A stretch of 62,027 nt of DNA from an uncultured Eubacteriales bacterium. GTDB lineage: Bacteria; Bacillota; Clostridia; Oscillospirales; CAG-272. The position numbers and the translations under genes are program-made. Below, piece after piece: positions 60,776 to 62,027 of the stretch. Location: NCBI GenBank assembly GCA_900547725.1, contig URHR01000003.1:1-62027 (forward strand), read 5' to 3'. Under the pieces are notes generated by a model that did no database searches, was not told the DNA's origin, and saw nothing but the letters and a program-made list of their open reading frames with translations. How positions within the stretch are numbered: the first letter of the stretch is position 1; each line of letters opens with the position of its first letter.

Positions 60776-61924
60776 TTACTCTTTCATTCTCACAGGCAAC
60801 AGCATAAACAGTTCGTGAATGTTTTCGTCCTCGGCGGGCTCAATGTTGATGGAGGTCAGAGCGGAGGAGAGAGAGATTTTGACGATGTCGGCGGAGCAGG
60901 ACTTCAGGCTGTCAATCAGGAAACGGTTGTTGAACGCAATCACAAGATCTGGCCCTTCGTGCTCGATCGGAACTTCGTCGTAAGTCTCCCCGAGCGTCGA
61001 CTGCGCCGAAATCTTCAACAGATCCCCCGCCAATTCCAGACGAACGTGCGCCCGCACACTGCCAACCACCTTTTCCTCGGTCACAAGCGCCGCGCGATCC
61101 AAAGCCGCAATCAGACGGTCGCGGTCTACCTTGATTGTGATCTTGTGATTCGTCACAATGATGCGGTCGTAATCAATGTACAGACCGTCAATCAGGCGCG
61201 AGAAGAAGATCAGATCGTCAAAGTGGAACACGATATTCCTCAACGTCTTGGTAACGCGCACCGTCGCGTTCTCGTCGTCCTTCAGCATTCTGTACAGCTC
61301 TCCCACCGACTTCGTCGGCAGAATGAACGCGTGGTTCAGCTTCGAGCCGTTCGTGTTGCCGTTCTCAATCGGAACTTCCACCGAGCACTTCGCCAGTTTG
61401 AAGCTGTCGCACGCCACGGCAAGCAGGTTGTCGGTTGTCACCTTGAAATAGCAACCGTTGAGCACCACGCGCTGGTCGTTTGTCGCCATTGCGTAGCTGC
61501 ACTTTGCAATCATTTCCCGCAGGACTGCCTGCGAAATGGTGAATCCGTCCTCGGTTTCCAGCGGTGGGAGCGCGGGGAAGTCCTTCCCGTTCAGCGCGTT
61601 CATGCGGTGCGTGGATTTTCCGCTCGCGATGCACGCCTGCAGGCTCGGGGTGACCGTCAGCGTAACGGTATCGCCTTCCATGACTCTGACCGTTTGCGAA
61701 AATTTCTGCGCGTTGAGGATATAAGACCCTGCCTCCTCGACCTCCGCCTGCACGGACAGCCGGATGCCTTTCTCCAGATCGAATGTCGTAAGCGTACAGG
61801 TGCCGTTCTCGTCCGCCTCGATGAGGATTCCCTCGATTGCGGTCAGCGTCGATTTTCCCGACACTGCGCACATGAGCGGCGCGACGGCGTTACAGATCTC
61901 CTGTCTGTTGAATACGATTTTCAT
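60776..61924 (-). CDS. dnaN: DNA polymerase III beta subunit (sliding clamp)
   Basis: 382 aa. The start MKIVFNRQEICNAVAPLMCAVSGKSTLTAIEGILIEA and the three-domain length are typical of DnaN. Confidence 0.9.
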   Translation of the reverse strand: MKIVFNRQEICNAVAPLMCAVSGKSTLTAIEGILIEADENGTCTLTTFDLEKGIRLSVQAEVEEAGSYILNAQKFSQTVRVMEGDTVTLTVTPSLQACIASGKSTHRMNALNGKDFPALPPLETEDGFTISQAVLREMIAKCSYAMATNDQRVVLNGCYFKVTTDNLLAVACDSFKLAKCSVEVPIENGNTNGSKLNHAFILPTKSVGELYRMLKDDENATVRVTKTLRNIVFHFDDLIFFSRLIDGLYIDYDRIIVTNHKITIKVDRDRLIAALDRAALVTEEKVVGSVRAHVRLELAGDLLKISAQSTLGETYDEVPIEHEGPDLVIAFNNRFLIDSLKSCSADIVKISLSSALTSINIEPAEDENIHELFMLLPVRMKE

Positions 61925-61954
61925 GGTTGTACCTCTCTTTCTTTGGGAAGGGAG

Positions 61955-62027
61955 AAGACCTTGGGACTCTGTCCCAAGCCCTGCTTAGGGGACTTCTTAA
62001 GGAGAAGTCCCCTAAGAACCTTCAAGA
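61955..62027 (-). repeat. Double-hairpin leader element, copy L4 (cut by the window edge)
   Basis: It matches L3 at 72/73 positions. It lies 30 nt upstream of the dnaN ATG, separated from it by CTCCCTTCCCAAAGAAAGAGAGGTACAACC. Confidence 0.8.

Overview
This 62-kb window comes from a GC-rich, Clostridia-like chromosome. It is densely coding, and 35 of my 42 CDS calls are on the + strand. I saw no rRNA, tRNA, CRISPR, transposase, integrase or phage genes. The content from left to right is as follows. (1) A hexuronate/pectin block: AraC, a GH20-like hydrolase, GH4, an SBP lipoprotein, a beta-helix/PHP protein, and uxaB-uxaA-uxaC-kdgA-kdgK. (2) Surface locus A (about 15.1-21.6 kb): an SGNH hydrolase, two secreted GLUG-repeat paralogs separated by a 46-codon micro-ORF that is absent from the ORF track, and a lipoprotein with a metallo-beta-lactamase fold. 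(3) An RpiR-headed operon of about 10 kb (24.1-34.3 kb). It combines IolJ/IolC/IolB-like genes with a GlcD/GlcF-like flavo-iron-sulfur dehydrogenase, a single-chain EtfB-EtfA fusion, an FGGY kinase and a FucI/AraA-family isomerase. (4) A fucoside block: AraC, GH30, GH29 and a TIM-barrel isomerase. (5) Surface locus B (39.0-46.3 kb), which repeats the logic of locus A, including a second 46-codon micro-ORF of the same family and a 611-bp stretch that is identical between adjacent paralogs. (6) fucI. (7) A visibly AT-richer 7.1-kb gene for a 2380-aa N-terminally anchored repeat protein, with its own consensus promoter and a roughly 300-nt leader that contains an intrinsic terminator. (8) A GDPD gene, a third AraC, two gene fragments, a UxuB-like SDR, and dnaN at the right edge. 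Several intergenic repeat families are present: a ~95-nt double-hairpin element that in four of its five copies lies in the 5' leader of the adjacent gene (directly against the Shine-Dalgarno sequence in three), a TIR-bounded MITE-like element, a bipartite 85-nt repeat, and a ~230-nt imperfect long hairpin next to dnaN. My best candidates for something undescribed are the duplicated GLUG/micro-ORF surface module, the ETF-linked iol-like operon, and the SD-abutting leader element family. All family assignments rest on motifs I recognise by eye; no database search was run.
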